Shown here one piece after another: positions 1-10,179 of a stretch of DNA of 64,000 nt (position 1 is its first letter; every line of letters starts with the position of its first letter). The translations under genes were made by a program, and so were the position numbers. The notes under the pieces were generated by a model. That model was given only the letters and a program-made list of their open reading frames with translations, made no database searches and was not told the origin of the DNA. This DNA comes from Candidatus Bathyarchaeia archaeon (GTDB lineage: Archaea > Thermoproteota > Bathyarchaeia > Bathyarchaeales > Bathycorpusculaceae), in NCBI GenBank assembly GCA_038882655.1, contig JAVZNT010000001.1, forward strand, positions 122,576-186,575. Reading direction: 5' to 3'.

Positions 1-542
1 GGATGAAGTCTACTTTAGATCAGGAGAGGCACATGAGAAGCATCGATGATGTTGCCCGAACAGTTGTAAATGAAGTTAAGCAAAACCTTGAAGGTTTGCC
101 TGAACCAACTTTGATAACTGAGCCTGGCCGCTTTATTGTCGGTCCTTCTGGGTTGCTGCTTTTGAGGGTTGATCACGTTAAATCTGCTGGTGGTTTCAAA
201 TGGATTATTGTGAATGGTGGTACAAACATTGTTCCAAGCTTCTATGAGAGGCGTGAAATTCTAGTTGCTAACAATGGTTCTGCTTCGGAGAAGGAGTTAG
301 TTAATGTTGTTGGTCCGCTTTTGTATCCTAAGGATTTTATTGCTATCAAGACGTGGCTTCCGAAGGCTAAGGAAGGGGACATACTGGCTGTTCTTGATTG
401 CGGAGCTTATTCGCTTTCAAGTTCCACACAGTTTCTTTACCCCAGACCGCCAGCGGTTTTGGTAAACTCGCGTGGAGATGTGTATCTAATTCGTGAAAGA
501 GAGAGTTTTGAAGACGTAACTGCAAAGGATATAGTTCCCTAA
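1..542 (+). CDS. Type III PLP-dependent decarboxylase (diaminopimelate/ornithine decarboxylase family), 5'-truncated by the window edge
   Basis: EPGRFIV, VVGPL, GDILAVLDCGAY and PRPPAVLV...IRERESFEDV motifs of the LysA-like C-terminal half. Confidence 0.85.
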   Translation, partial: MKSTLDQERHMRSIDDVARTVVNEVKQNLEGLPEPTLITEPGRFIVGPSGLLLLRVDHVKSAGGFKWIIVNGGTNIVPSFYERREILVANNGSASEKELVNVVGPLLYPKDFIAIKTWLPKAKEGDILAVLDCGAYSLSSSTQFLYPRPPAVLVNSRGDVYLIRERESFEDVTAKDIVP

Positions 543-560
543 CGCTTTTGGTTGGTTATT

Positions 561-1676
561 ATGCTTAGCTTGCGTGTTATCGCCGATTTAGAGGATTTTG
601 AAAATTTAGGAAGCATGTGGAACAAAATATTAGCAAAGTCTTTAGATAACGATGTCTTTTCCACACGGGAATGGATCTGGTGTTGGTGGAAGCATTTTGG
701 CAAAAAAAGAAGTTTACGAGTGCTTGTCGCTGAAGAAAATGGCGAGATTGTTGGCTTAGCCCCTTTTGCACTTACAGAATATTCTTTCTTGCGTGTTGGA
801 AAGTTGAGGCGCATCGAGTTTATTGGTTTCCCTCATGCAGATTATAACAACTTTATTTTAGTCAGAAATCCATCTGATTGTTTAAGGCTCTTTATTGAAG
901 GCTTAATGAAGTTTGCAGACTGGGATTTTCTGGATTTAAGGGATATTCGCGAACAAAGTGCATCAGCAAACAGTTTACGTATGCTCCTAAACATTGAAGG
1001 AGCAAAGTTAAGGTTAACAAATGGCACTCTTTGCCCCTGCATTAATTTGCCAAGATCCATTGAAACCTTCCAAAGCAACTTAAGTCGCAACATGCGGAGA
1101 AACCTACGGAAAAGGTTAAGGAAGCTTCGCGAAAGCTATAAAGTTGAATTTAAGACGCAGCGGGATTTTGACTCTATTGATGAGGCGATGGAAATATTTT
1201 TCAACCTCCACCAGAAACGTTGGAAATCTAAGGGAAAGCAAGGCGCCTTCGCAGCTGAGGATTTCAGAAAGTTTCATTTGGACGTTGCAAAAGTTTTCGA
1301 TAAAAAAGGTTGGCTTGACTTGCATTTCTTAATGGCAAACGACGAGCCAGTTGCCGCAGCCTACACCTTCGACTATAACTCGAAGAAGTATGGCTATTTA
1401 ACTGGTTTCGATCCTGAATTTGGGCATTTCGGTGTTGGAAATCTGTTAAAGTTGCATCTAATTGAGGAATGCATCAAAAAGGGGTTTAGGGAGTACGATT
1501 TAACAAGGGAATTTGAACCCTATAAGGCGGAGTGGGCAACTGTTATTAGGAAAAATCTGATTGCGAGAATTGTTCGACGGGGCTTGTCCGCCAAAATGTA
1601 TTGCTGGGCTTTAGAGAACAAGTTTTCACAATGGCTTTTCACTAGATTGGGTGTTCGTTTATCAGTTAGAGAATAG
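561..1676 (+). CDS. GNAT family acyltransferase (CelD/BcsL, Acetyltransf_6; FemAB-like)
   Basis: W..W..HF, GLAP, ADYN, LHQKRW and YGYLTGFDPEF..FGVGNLL...YDL...EPYKAEWAT pattern; ATG at 561. Confidence 0.85.
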   Translation: MLSLRVIADLEDFENLGSMWNKILAKSLDNDVFSTREWIWCWWKHFGKKRSLRVLVAEENGEIVGLAPFALTEYSFLRVGKLRRIEFIGFPHADYNNFILVRNPSDCLRLFIEGLMKFADWDFLDLRDIREQSASANSLRMLLNIEGAKLRLTNGTLCPCINLPRSIETFQSNLSRNMRRNLRKRLRKLRESYKVEFKTQRDFDSIDEAMEIFFNLHQKRWKSKGKQGAFAAEDFRKFHLDVAKVFDKKGWLDLHFLMANDEPVAAAYTFDYNSKKYGYLTGFDPEFGHFGVGNLLKLHLIEECIKKGFREYDLTREFEPYKAEWATVIRKNLIARIVRRGLSAKMYCWALENKFSQWLFTRLGVRLSVRE

Positions 1677-1691
1677 CTAAATGCCACTTGG

Positions 1692-2723
1692 GTGAGTATC
1701 AGAATGACAGAATATCGCGTGATTGAAGATTCGCCGAAAGATTCATGGGATTCATTTCTACAGAAACATTCTGTTGGGAATTTTGAGCAGTGTTTTGAGT
1801 ATGGCGAAATATCGAGAAAGGCTTTTCCAAAAACAAATGTTGTTAGACTAGCGTGTACGCGTGGAAACGAAGTCGCTGGTGTACTTCAAGGAACTTACTC
1901 TAAATATTTCGGGTTTGGCATGACTTTAGGCGTCATGCGTGCTCCTTTTGTGAATTTCGAAGATGAAGACGCTGTAAACATTGTGAAGAGTCTTCTTGAG
2001 AGTTTAGAAGACTATGCCAAGAGAAACCGGATTATTGAAGTCCGTGTCTTTGTGCCCGAAGCATGGGGTTTCCACAATGTGTTTCAATCTCTTGGGTACA
2101 CGGTTACTGAACAGCTGAACGAATATATCGTGGATTTAGAGAAAGGTGTCGACGAGCTTTGGAAGGGCGTCTCCCATAACAAGAGGAAAAATATTAAAAA
2201 GGCTATGAGTCAAGGCGTAGAGGTCTTCGAATCTCGGAAAAGAGAGGATCTGTTGACTTTTTACTCTATGCTTAGGGCTGCAGAAGAAAGGGGGGGATTT
2301 ACAAGCTACCCATTGTCTTGGTTTGAAGCGGCTTTGGAATTGTACAATCCAGACTTGTTAAGGGTTTTTCTTGCAAGCTGGAATGGGAAAGCTGTTTCAG
2401 GAGTTTTTACCGTTGCACATGGCAGGACTGTTTTCGCTTTGGCTGCTGGCTCGTTTAGCGAAGGCTGGAAAGTTAGACCCAACGATATTATGCACTGGAA
2501 AGTCATGGAGTGGGCTTGCCAAAAAGGATACAGCAGGTATCAGATGGGTCTAGTTTCAGAACCACCGCCGAGTGAAGGCTCGAAGGCTTGGGGAATTTGG
2601 AGATGGAAAAGGGAATGGGGTGGAAGCCTAAACAAACTTCAAGTTTACCATAAGTACTTTAAGCCTCGATACAAGCTTATTTTAAAAGCTAAAAAGATTG
2701 TAGAAAAGTTTGCTGCACGATGA
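1692..2723 (+). CDS. FemAB/FemX-family peptidyltransferase-like GNAT protein
   Basis: WDSFL...GNFEQ..EY, IVDL...ELW..V..KRKNIKKA, PNDIMHWKVMEWA, WKREWGG. Confidence 0.85.
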   Translation: MSIRMTEYRVIEDSPKDSWDSFLQKHSVGNFEQCFEYGEISRKAFPKTNVVRLACTRGNEVAGVLQGTYSKYFGFGMTLGVMRAPFVNFEDEDAVNIVKSLLESLEDYAKRNRIIEVRVFVPEAWGFHNVFQSLGYTVTEQLNEYIVDLEKGVDELWKGVSHNKRKNIKKAMSQGVEVFESRKREDLLTFYSMLRAAEERGGFTSYPLSWFEAALELYNPDLLRVFLASWNGKAVSGVFTVAHGRTVFALAAGSFSEGWKVRPNDIMHWKVMEWACQKGYSRYQMGLVSEPPPSEGSKAWGIWRWKREWGGSLNKLQVYHKYFKPRYKLILKAKKIVEKFAAR

Positions 2724-2763
2724 TTCAACCAATTTCCCGTATGAACCGTAAAACCTACAAGAA

Positions 2764-3463
2764 ATGGCTGGGATGAACATCGAACAGAAAGCGAATAATA
2801 ATATTTGCACCCCACCCCGATGACGAGACCTTCGGTTGTGGAGGAACAATCGCTAGGCGAGTAAGTGAAGGATACGATGTTTTAATCGTCGTTATGACCG
2901 ATGGTAGATACGCCTTCCTAAAAATGCTAAACATTGATTCCGACCCCACTCCTGAAGAATTGAAAGAGATTAGAAAAGAAGAAGTGAAAAGAGCCACAAA
3001 AATTTTGGGAGTACCCGAAGAAAATTTAATCTTCCTCAATTTTGAGGACGGAACCCTTCGAAACAGCATGGAAGAAGCTGAAAGAAAAGTTACCGAAATA
3101 TTAAAGATGTACCGTCCAGTTGAAGTTTATTTCCCTTATAAAAGTGATGTTCATCCAGATCATCAAGCTGCGTACCACATTGTCAAAGGTGCCGTTGCAA
3201 GAGCTGGTTTCCCGATAAATGGCTATCAGTATTCCACATTTCATAAGTATATGCGCCTAGGTCCGATTATTGATAGGACACTGGGCATTATTAGGCGTAA
3301 TATAATTCGAGTCGATGTTTCAAAATTTCTTTCAAAAAAGGAAGCAGCCATTAAGGAGTTCAAAAGTGAACTATCGATCATATCAAACGTCCAGAAAAAT
3401 CCTCTTATAAAAGCCAAAGATATCAAAAATTATTTGAAAAGTAAAGAGCTGTTTTTAAAATAG
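2764..3463 (+). CDS. PIG-L/LmbE-family de-N-acetylase with an apparent single-base frameshift near the 5' end
   Basis: IIIFAPHPDDETFGCGG (from 2795) and DVHPDH motifs lie in the 2894 frame. That frame has TGA at 2774. The ATGs at 2764 and 2773 are in a different frame. Confidence 0.8.
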
Positions 3464-3514
3464 ACTATTAAGTGTGCAATGTGACACGGCTTTTATTGTA
3501 AGGAGAAAGAGGAC

Positions 3515-4567
3515 ATGATAAACGTTGGAATTATTGGCCTTGGCCATATGGGTATACTTCACTTAATGAATTGCCGACATATTGATGGCGTTAAAGTTGT
3601 TGCTGTAGCTGACAAGTCTAAAGGAGCCTTAAAAAAGGCTGAACTTTTTGGTGTGAAAGCTTTTTTCACAGATTATCAAGATTTATTGAAGGGACCTCCT
3701 AAGGTTGATACAGTCATTATTGCTTTGCCTAATTTTATGCATTTTGAGAGCATTCAGAGCGCGCTAGAAGCAGGTGTTGATGTTTTTGTAGAAAAACCGT
3801 TGGCAAACACCGTTGAAGAATGCGAGAAAATCATTAAGCTTGTCGAAAAAAGTGGCAGAAAATTAATGGTAGGTCATAATATGCGATTTATTGAGGCAGT
3901 TGCGAAAATGAAGGGGGCCATAGATAGAGGACATATTGGCGATGTAGAGGCAATTACACTTGAACAGATATTAAATGGACCCTTTGCTCACGGTGCAATT
4001 CCTAGGCCCGTGGCGGAATGGTGGTTCGATCCTAAACGGGCAGGGGGTGGAGTTTTACTGGACTTGGGATATCACATGCTTGATTTGTTTCGTTTCTTTG
4101 TCGGGGAAGATCCAGAAGTGATATTTTCATATTTAAGCTACAAATTTAACTTACCAACGGAAGACGGCGCAATTGTTATACTACGATCCCCCGTTTCAGG
4201 TGCAAGGGGAATAGTCAACGTTGGTTGGTTTCAAAAATCCGTTTTCCCGGAATACAATTTCCGCGTAGTTCTTCATGGTTGCGCAGGCTTCATTTCCAGT
4301 GAAAACCTTGCACCGAGAAACATTTACTTTCATGCAATTAAAGAAGGAACGAAAAATATTCTGCGGAAAACTTTCGGGAGGAAAATAAAGCCTTTATCTT
4401 GGTCTTACTATTACGAAGCCTATTATAAAGAACTCCAAAGCTTTTTCAGTTGTGTAAGGAATGACTCGGAACCGCCTGTTTCAGCTGTTGATGGCCTAAA
4501 GACCGTGGAGCTTATCGAGAAGGTCTACAAAAAGTTTGGTAAAAAAGAACCTCGACGGGACGTATAG
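3515..4567 (+). CDS. Gfo/Idh/MocA family NAD-dependent oxidoreductase
   Basis: VGIIGLGHMG Rossmann motif, VFVEKP, GGGVLLDLGYH. Confidence 0.9.
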   Translation: MINVGIIGLGHMGILHLMNCRHIDGVKVVAVADKSKGALKKAELFGVKAFFTDYQDLLKGPPKVDTVIIALPNFMHFESIQSALEAGVDVFVEKPLANTVEECEKIIKLVEKSGRKLMVGHNMRFIEAVAKMKGAIDRGHIGDVEAITLEQILNGPFAHGAIPRPVAEWWFDPKRAGGGVLLDLGYHMLDLFRFFVGEDPEVIFSYLSYKFNLPTEDGAIVILRSPVSGARGIVNVGWFQKSVFPEYNFRVVLHGCAGFISSENLAPRNIYFHAIKEGTKNILRKTFGRKIKPLSWSYYYEAYYKELQSFFSCVRNDSEPPVSAVDGLKTVELIEKVYKKFGKKEPRRDV

Positions 4568-4571
4568 AAAA

Positions 4572-5495
4572 TTGGGCGACATTGTAGGTTTAGTCCGAAC
4601 ACTAGACTCAAAAGAGGAAATAAAAAGTTCCATAGGAAAAGCCCTCGACCTCATAAATTTTAAACCAAAGGGTCGTGTAAAAGTTATAGACATCAAGGTT
4701 AACTTGTGTTATTATTGGCATGCTTCTACGGGTTGCACAACAGACCCCCGGGTTGTTAGTGCGATAATAGACTGTGTGCGTGAACGGTATGGTGAGAACG
4801 TTCGCATTCGAGTTGTTGAGGCCGATGGAACTGCAATGAGAACAAAATATGCCTTTCTGATGCTGGGCTATGAAAAGCTAGCCAAGGAGAAAAATGTGGA
4901 ACTTTTTAACCTCTCGGAAGACGAGGTACGTGAAGAAAAGGCTTATGTAAATGGGCATGAAATCCGATTCCAAATACCTACGTCGCTTTTAAAATCTGAT
5001 CTTTTTATTAATGTGCCAAAACTGAAAACTCTTAGGGAAACCGGATTCTCATGTGCCCTCAAAAATATTTATGGTTGTATAGCCTATCCCAGGAAGATAA
5101 TTTATCATCCCATTTTAGATGAAGCAATCGTTGGAATAAACAAGATACTGCAGCCAAACCTCACGATAGTTGACGGTATTATTGCCCTTGGACGTTTTCC
5201 AATTAAGCTTGGGCTTATTATGGCTGGTAGAGATCCATTTTCTATTGACTGGGTTGCCGCGAAAATAATGGGTTTTAATCCTTCAAAAGTTAAGTTCTTG
5301 AAGATCGCTATAAAAGAGAATGTTGGAAGTTTAAATGGTCTTCAAGTTCAAGGAGACGATATCATTTTTTTCCGGAAATCCTTTCCTAAAGTAGGCTTAT
5401 TTTCGTCTAAGCGTTGGTGGAATTTGCTTTTTGGTTTATTTCATTTATATATTAAATTGACTGGTGATGTAATTCCTCCAATGCTTGAAAAATAA
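4572..5495 (+). CDS. DUF362 domain protein
   Basis: IKVNL...TTDP.VV.A, INVPKLKT, SCALKNIYG, IVDGI, DPFSID; probable TTG start at 4572. Confidence 0.8.
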   Translation: MGDIVGLVRTLDSKEEIKSSIGKALDLINFKPKGRVKVIDIKVNLCYYWHASTGCTTDPRVVSAIIDCVRERYGENVRIRVVEADGTAMRTKYAFLMLGYEKLAKEKNVELFNLSEDEVREEKAYVNGHEIRFQIPTSLLKSDLFINVPKLKTLRETGFSCALKNIYGCIAYPRKIIYHPILDEAIVGINKILQPNLTIVDGIIALGRFPIKLGLIMAGRDPFSIDWVAAKIMGFNPSKVKFLKIAIKENVGSLNGLQVQGDDIIFFRKSFPKVGLFSSKRWWNLLFGLFHLYIKLTGDVIPPMLEK

Positions 5496-5512
5496 ATTGA
5501 GGTCAATTGTGG

Positions 5513-6679
5513 ATGGGCATTCTCGTTTTAACTGTTCTATGGCTGGTATTTTGCATTTTTTCGTTCGGGGCGTCAGCTCTAATTTTTGTTTTAATGAAAA
5601 ATGCCGCAAAAAAGCCTTGGCGAATAAAGATAGACGAAAATTATAAGCCGAGAGTGTCTGTGTTGGTTCCAACTTTTAATGAAGCAGATGTTATCCGTTT
5701 TAAGCTTGAAAATTTAATTAAAGTGAAATATCCAGAGGATTTGATGCAGATAATTGTTGTGGATTCAAACTCTCAGGATCAAACAGTTGACATGGTGAAA
5801 ACCTTCATGGCACAATGCCCAAGAAACAATATTCAGGTTTTGGTAGAAAATGAGCGTAGAGGGAAATCTGCAGCTTTGAATTTTGCTCTCAAAAAATGCA
5901 AAGGGAACGTTGTGATAGTTTCAGATGCTGATTGTTTTTGGCCTTCAGATATCATGGAAAAGACTTTACCTTTCTTAGCTGATCCAAGCATAGGGGCGGT
6001 TTCCGGCCCTAAAGTTCTTTTAAATCCGGATCAAACTTGGGTGACGAGAACTGAGGATTCTTATCTGAATTCAATGAATATGGTGAGGGTTGGTGAATCA
6101 AAGGTGGGTTCAACCTTGCTTTTTGAGGGCGGTTTCAGTGCTTATAGAAAAGAGCTGTTAGATTCTTTTGACCCTTATGATACTGGTTCGGACGATTGCG
6201 GTACTATAGTGGCTTTAGTGGAGAAGGGGTATAGGGCTATATGCGTTCCTGAAGCCCGTTTTTACAGCACTTTTCCAAAGTCTTGGAGAGAGAAAATAGA
6301 CATAAAAATGAGAAGAGCTAATCAGCTTGTGAGGGTTTTATGGAAGTATCTTGGTCTGCTTTTAAGAGGTCGTGTGAGGGTTTCAAAGAGGATCATAGTT
6401 CAAGGCATCTTTATTTACCTCATCAGCCCAATAATGTTCATTGCTTTGGCTGTAACCACTGCTTGCTTATTGTTTAATTTTCCATATTTGTCTCTGGCTT
6501 TTTTGGTTTTCCTTATACCTCATGTTGGCCTTTATTTATTTGAGTTGATTCAAAGCTACCTTATACTTTTCGTTTCCATGTTTGCTGTATTAATGAACAA
6601 AAAATTCGTGATGTGGAAAAAACCAAGGGACAGGTTGCTTCTTCAAGAGGATGTCTTACGTAAATATCAATTGATTTAG
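5513..6679 (+). CDS. Membrane-bound GT2 glycosyltransferase (cellulose/PNAG synthase-like)
   Basis: N-terminal TM, VSVLVPTFNE, GKSAALN, SDAD, SDD, C-terminal TM helices. Confidence 0.88.
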   Translation: MGILVLTVLWLVFCIFSFGASALIFVLMKNAAKKPWRIKIDENYKPRVSVLVPTFNEADVIRFKLENLIKVKYPEDLMQIIVVDSNSQDQTVDMVKTFMAQCPRNNIQVLVENERRGKSAALNFALKKCKGNVVIVSDADCFWPSDIMEKTLPFLADPSIGAVSGPKVLLNPDQTWVTRTEDSYLNSMNMVRVGESKVGSTLLFEGGFSAYRKELLDSFDPYDTGSDDCGTIVALVEKGYRAICVPEARFYSTFPKSWREKIDIKMRRANQLVRVLWKYLGLLLRGRVRVSKRIIVQGIFIYLISPIMFIALAVTTACLLFNFPYLSLAFLVFLIPHVGLYLFELIQSYLILFVSMFAVLMNKKFVMWKKPRDRLLLQEDVLRKYQLI

Positions 6680-6702
6680 CGTTCATAACGAATTGGGAAA
6701 CT

Positions 6703-7692
6703 TTGCTGCCAAAACTTTTGGGGCTTAGTGTCATGGATCTTGTCTTTGCGAAGCAACAGAATTCTGGGGTGAAGCCTAAGGTTACCATAGGGATATGTGT
6801 ACGGAATTGTGAAGCAACGCTAAGGAAGACTCTTAACAGCGTTTTAAATCAAGACTTTCCTCATGAGCTTGTGGAAGTGATAATCGTTGACGATGGCAGC
6901 GAGGACAAAACCCTTAATATTGCGCTTGAATTAGCCTCGAAAATAGATATGCAGGTTAAAGTTTTTTCTGGTAAATGGATGGGCATAGGACCTGCTAGGA
7001 ATGTTGTAGTGGATAACGCGGAAGGTGATTATATCATCTGGGTGGATGGGGATATGATTTTACCGAAGGATCATGTGAGAAAGCATGTTGATTTTATGGA
7101 GAGGAACCCGAAAGTTGGAATTGCAAAAGCAAGACATAAAGTTTTGCCAGAAGAAAACATAGTTGCTTTTCTTGAACATGTACCCTACTTGATTTACGAT
7201 AGTAAGCCAAAAGTTTTAAGATCCAAATTACCTGGCACCGGAGGAAGCATTTACCGCACTTCAGCAATTAAGCAGGCTAAAGGGTTCGATAATAACTTAA
7301 GAAACGCTGGAGAGGATCAAGATGCCGCCTATAGGGTTAGTAAGACAAATTGGCTCATATGTCAGTCCCCAGCCTTCTTTTATGAGAAAAGGGTGGAAAC
7401 ATGGCGAACGCTTTTGAAAAAATATGTTTGGTATGGTTATGGAAATCACGATTTATACAATAAGAACCGCGACATTTTTTACCTCACCCGAATGAATCCT
7501 TTGGCAGGCTTTATAACTGGGGTTTTATACGCTTCTGTTGCTTACAGATTAACAAAGCGTAAAGCGCTTATTTTGCTGCCTCTCCATTTCTTTTTGAAGA
7601 TGAGCGCTTGGTTTTTTGGCTTTACTAAGGCGCGGATGGATTACTTAACAAGAAATCATACGCGTAAGTCGCTACACATATCCTCTTCTTAA
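6703..7692 (+). CDS. GT2 glycosyltransferase
   Basis: VDDGSED, WVDGD, GEDQD; paralog of 12417..13310; alternative start at ATG 6733. Confidence 0.88.
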   Translation: MLPKLLGLSVMDLVFAKQQNSGVKPKVTIGICVRNCEATLRKTLNSVLNQDFPHELVEVIIVDDGSEDKTLNIALELASKIDMQVKVFSGKWMGIGPARNVVVDNAEGDYIIWVDGDMILPKDHVRKHVDFMERNPKVGIAKARHKVLPEENIVAFLEHVPYLIYDSKPKVLRSKLPGTGGSIYRTSAIKQAKGFDNNLRNAGEDQDAAYRVSKTNWLICQSPAFFYEKRVETWRTLLKKYVWYGYGNHDLYNKNRDIFYLTRMNPLAGFITGVLYASVAYRLTKRKALILLPLHFFLKMSAWFFGFTKARMDYLTRNHTRKSLHISSS

Positions 7693-7715
7693 AATTAAAA
7701 TTCAAGGGAAGAATT

Positions 7716-8711
7716 TTGGCAGAGAAACTTCGTGTTGCCGTTGTGGGTCTAGGCAAAATGGGATTGATGCATGTTGGAATTTTAAACACTTTACCAAAAG
7801 TTGAATTGGTCGCGGTGTGTGAGAAAAATTGGCTGATCCGGAGAGTTGCAAAAAAAGTGTTTAAGCCGACTCATGTAGTTGATGACTTGAAGAAACTTCG
7901 TGGTTTAAACCTTGATGCTGTTTATGTTACAACACCCATAAAGTCCCATTTCCCTATAGTGAAAGCTATGTATTCAGAGGGAATAACCTCCAACGTTTTT
8001 GTTGAAAAAACTCTTGCGTCCAGTTTTAATGAAGCAAAAGAACTGTGCGATTTAGCTCGAAAATTTGGCGGCATCAATATGGTTGGCTATCAAAGAAGGT
8101 TTTCTGTTGTATATAGAAAGGCGAAAGATTTGCTTGATCAAAAAGTTATAGGAAAACCTATATTATTCGAGGCGTACGCGTATTCATCCGACTTTTTTGG
8201 AATCCAAAACTCTCTTGAAACCTCAACACTTGGTGTAGACGCTATTAGGGATATAGGGTGTCATGCAATAGATGTGGCTTTATGGTTTTTCGGAGAACTG
8301 CAAATTAAATCAGCAAAGGAAGAAACACCAGCAAATATCCATTTTGAATGTGGGGGGTTGCATGGTATAAGCGGAAAATTCAGCGTGTCACAGTGTATGA
8401 AAAATTACCGCATGCCAGAGGTTGGTTTAAAAATCACCGGTTCTATGGGAATCATGGAAGTGAATGATGACAAATTGTTTTTAAAGCGAAAAGATGGGAA
8501 GTCCTCTACGTGGTATAGGCACGATCTCGGCGATAACGTCGCATTTTTGCTCGGATCACCTGAATACTTCCGCGAGGATGAGCATTTTATAAATTCAGTT
8601 TTACAAGGAAGCCCAGCGGGGTCGAGCTTTGACACCGCCATGAAAGTTGACGAGCTAATAGATCAAATAATGGATAAGTTTGATGGCGATGATAAACCTT
8701 CTAACGATTGA
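7716..8711 (+). CDS. Gfo/Idh/MocA family oxidoreductase
   Basis: VAVVGLGKMG, VFVEK, RDIGCHAID. Confidence 0.88.
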   Translation: MAEKLRVAVVGLGKMGLMHVGILNTLPKVELVAVCEKNWLIRRVAKKVFKPTHVVDDLKKLRGLNLDAVYVTTPIKSHFPIVKAMYSEGITSNVFVEKTLASSFNEAKELCDLARKFGGINMVGYQRRFSVVYRKAKDLLDQKVIGKPILFEAYAYSSDFFGIQNSLETSTLGVDAIRDIGCHAIDVALWFFGELQIKSAKEETPANIHFECGGLHGISGKFSVSQCMKNYRMPEVGLKITGSMGIMEVNDDKLFLKRKDGKSSTWYRHDLGDNVAFLLGSPEYFREDEHFINSVLQGSPAGSSFDTAMKVDELIDQIMDKFDGDDKPSND

Positions 8712-9528
8712 TGTTGAAGACTGGTATCATGATCTAAAGCCGTCTTTATGGAAGGTATGCGAGGATAGGGTAGTCGAAAATACGCAGAAAATACTTTACA
8801 TGATTGAAAAGCACAAGCATAACGCAACATTCTTTACACTCGGATGCGTGGCGGAACGCTTTCCAGAATTAATCAAACAAATCAGTGACGAAGGACATGA
8901 AATCGCCACACATGGATATTTACACAAACCAATAACCAAGATAAGCAAAACTGAATTCGAAGAAGACTTAAAAAAATCGCTTTCCATCTTAACGCATATA
9001 ACAAACCGCAAGATAATAGGACATAGAGCATGCAAATTTTCAATCACCCAAAAAACTGCATGGGCTGTAGATACACTCAAAAAGAACGGACTAAAATATG
9101 ACTCAAGCATATTCCCCGCAAAAACCCCAGAATATGGTGTTCCAAGAGCCCCAATTCATCCTTACCTTATCTCATCAGCAAACATCGAGAAAAATAACCA
9201 GAACGGTGACCTCATAGAATTTCCGTTATCCGTTCTCAGAATCCCAATTCTAGATATAAGTATTCCAGTGGCTGGTGGATTTTATCTGCGTCTTCTCCCT
9301 TACTGGTTAATCAGAGCTTCTTTGAGAAAAATAAACAGAATGGGATATCCAGCTGTTGTTTTTATTCACCCAAAGGATTTAGACCCGCAAAAACCACGGG
9401 TGAAAGAGTTGAGTTGGCACCATTATTATGGTTTGGAAGGTGCAGAAGAAAAATTTGCTAAATTACTTGGCGATTTTAGGTTTACATCTATTGAAAACTA
9501 CCTAAGAGAGTTTGGTTTCGATGCCTAA
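8683..9528 (+). CDS. Polysaccharide deacetylase (CE4, DUF3473-type, resembling the PEP-CTERM/XrtA-locus subfamily)
   Basis: LTIDVEDWY, ATFFTLG, GHEIATHGYLH, YDSSIFP, PVAGGFYLRLLP, FIHPKDLDP. Confidence 0.88.
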   Translation: MAMINLLTIDVEDWYHDLKPSLWKVCEDRVVENTQKILYMIEKHKHNATFFTLGCVAERFPELIKQISDEGHEIATHGYLHKPITKISKTEFEEDLKKSLSILTHITNRKIIGHRACKFSITQKTAWAVDTLKKNGLKYDSSIFPAKTPEYGVPRAPIHPYLISSANIEKNNQNGDLIEFPLSVLRIPILDISIPVAGGFYLRLLPYWLIRASLRKINRMGYPAVVFIHPKDLDPQKPRVKELSWHHYYGLEGAEEKFAKLLGDFRFTSIENYLREFGFDA

Positions 9529-10165
9529 AACCGTTAGCGAATACTTTGAGAGCATAGCCTTAGACTTTGACTCCTATTATGAACAGCCAAAGGGACTTGT
9601 CAACAAAATCGTAAACAATTGGCTTAGAAAGCCAGGCTTAATAAAAAGAATGGAAATAACATTAGAGCTCATCAAGCCAAGCGCTGGTAAAAGAATCTTA
9701 GATGTGGGCTGTGGCTCTGGAAAACTTGCAGTTGAATGTGCAAAAAGAGGGGCAGAGGTATATGGCATTGATATTTCAAAAAATATGATAGAAATTGCCA
9801 AAGACCACTGCAAGAAAGAGAAGGTAAAAGTCGAGCTTATGGTTGGAGACGCTCTCCAAGGGCTTCCAAAAAATTTTGACTTTTCAGTCGCGTTGGGAGT
9901 ACTTGAATATCTCGAACGTCCCAAGAATCTGCTGGAAAATATGTTGGCTTCCGTTAAAAATGAAGGAAAAGTAATTTTCAGTGTTCCATCACTTTATGCC
10001 TTCCAAACACCAATTAGAAGGGTATACTTACACTTTAGGGGGGTTAATTGCTACTTCTATACTAGGAAGAAGCTGCTAAATCTTATCAGAGAATTCCAAG
10101 AAGTTGGCAGCGTGGAAATCCACAGTTATGGCCCAGGTTTTGTCGTTCAATTAACGAAAATTTAA
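9521..10165 (+). CDS. Class I SAM-dependent methyltransferase
   Basis: ILDVGCGSG motif I, GIDIS, GDA, LGVLEY. Confidence 0.88.
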   Translation: MPKTVSEYFESIALDFDSYYEQPKGLVNKIVNNWLRKPGLIKRMEITLELIKPSAGKRILDVGCGSGKLAVECAKRGAEVYGIDISKNMIEIAKDHCKKEKVKVELMVGDALQGLPKNFDFSVALGVLEYLERPKNLLENMLASVKNEGKVIFSVPSLYAFQTPIRRVYLHFRGVNCYFYTRKKLLNLIREFQEVGSVEIHSYGPGFVVQLTKI

Positions 10166-10179
10166 GGGTTAACACTTGT

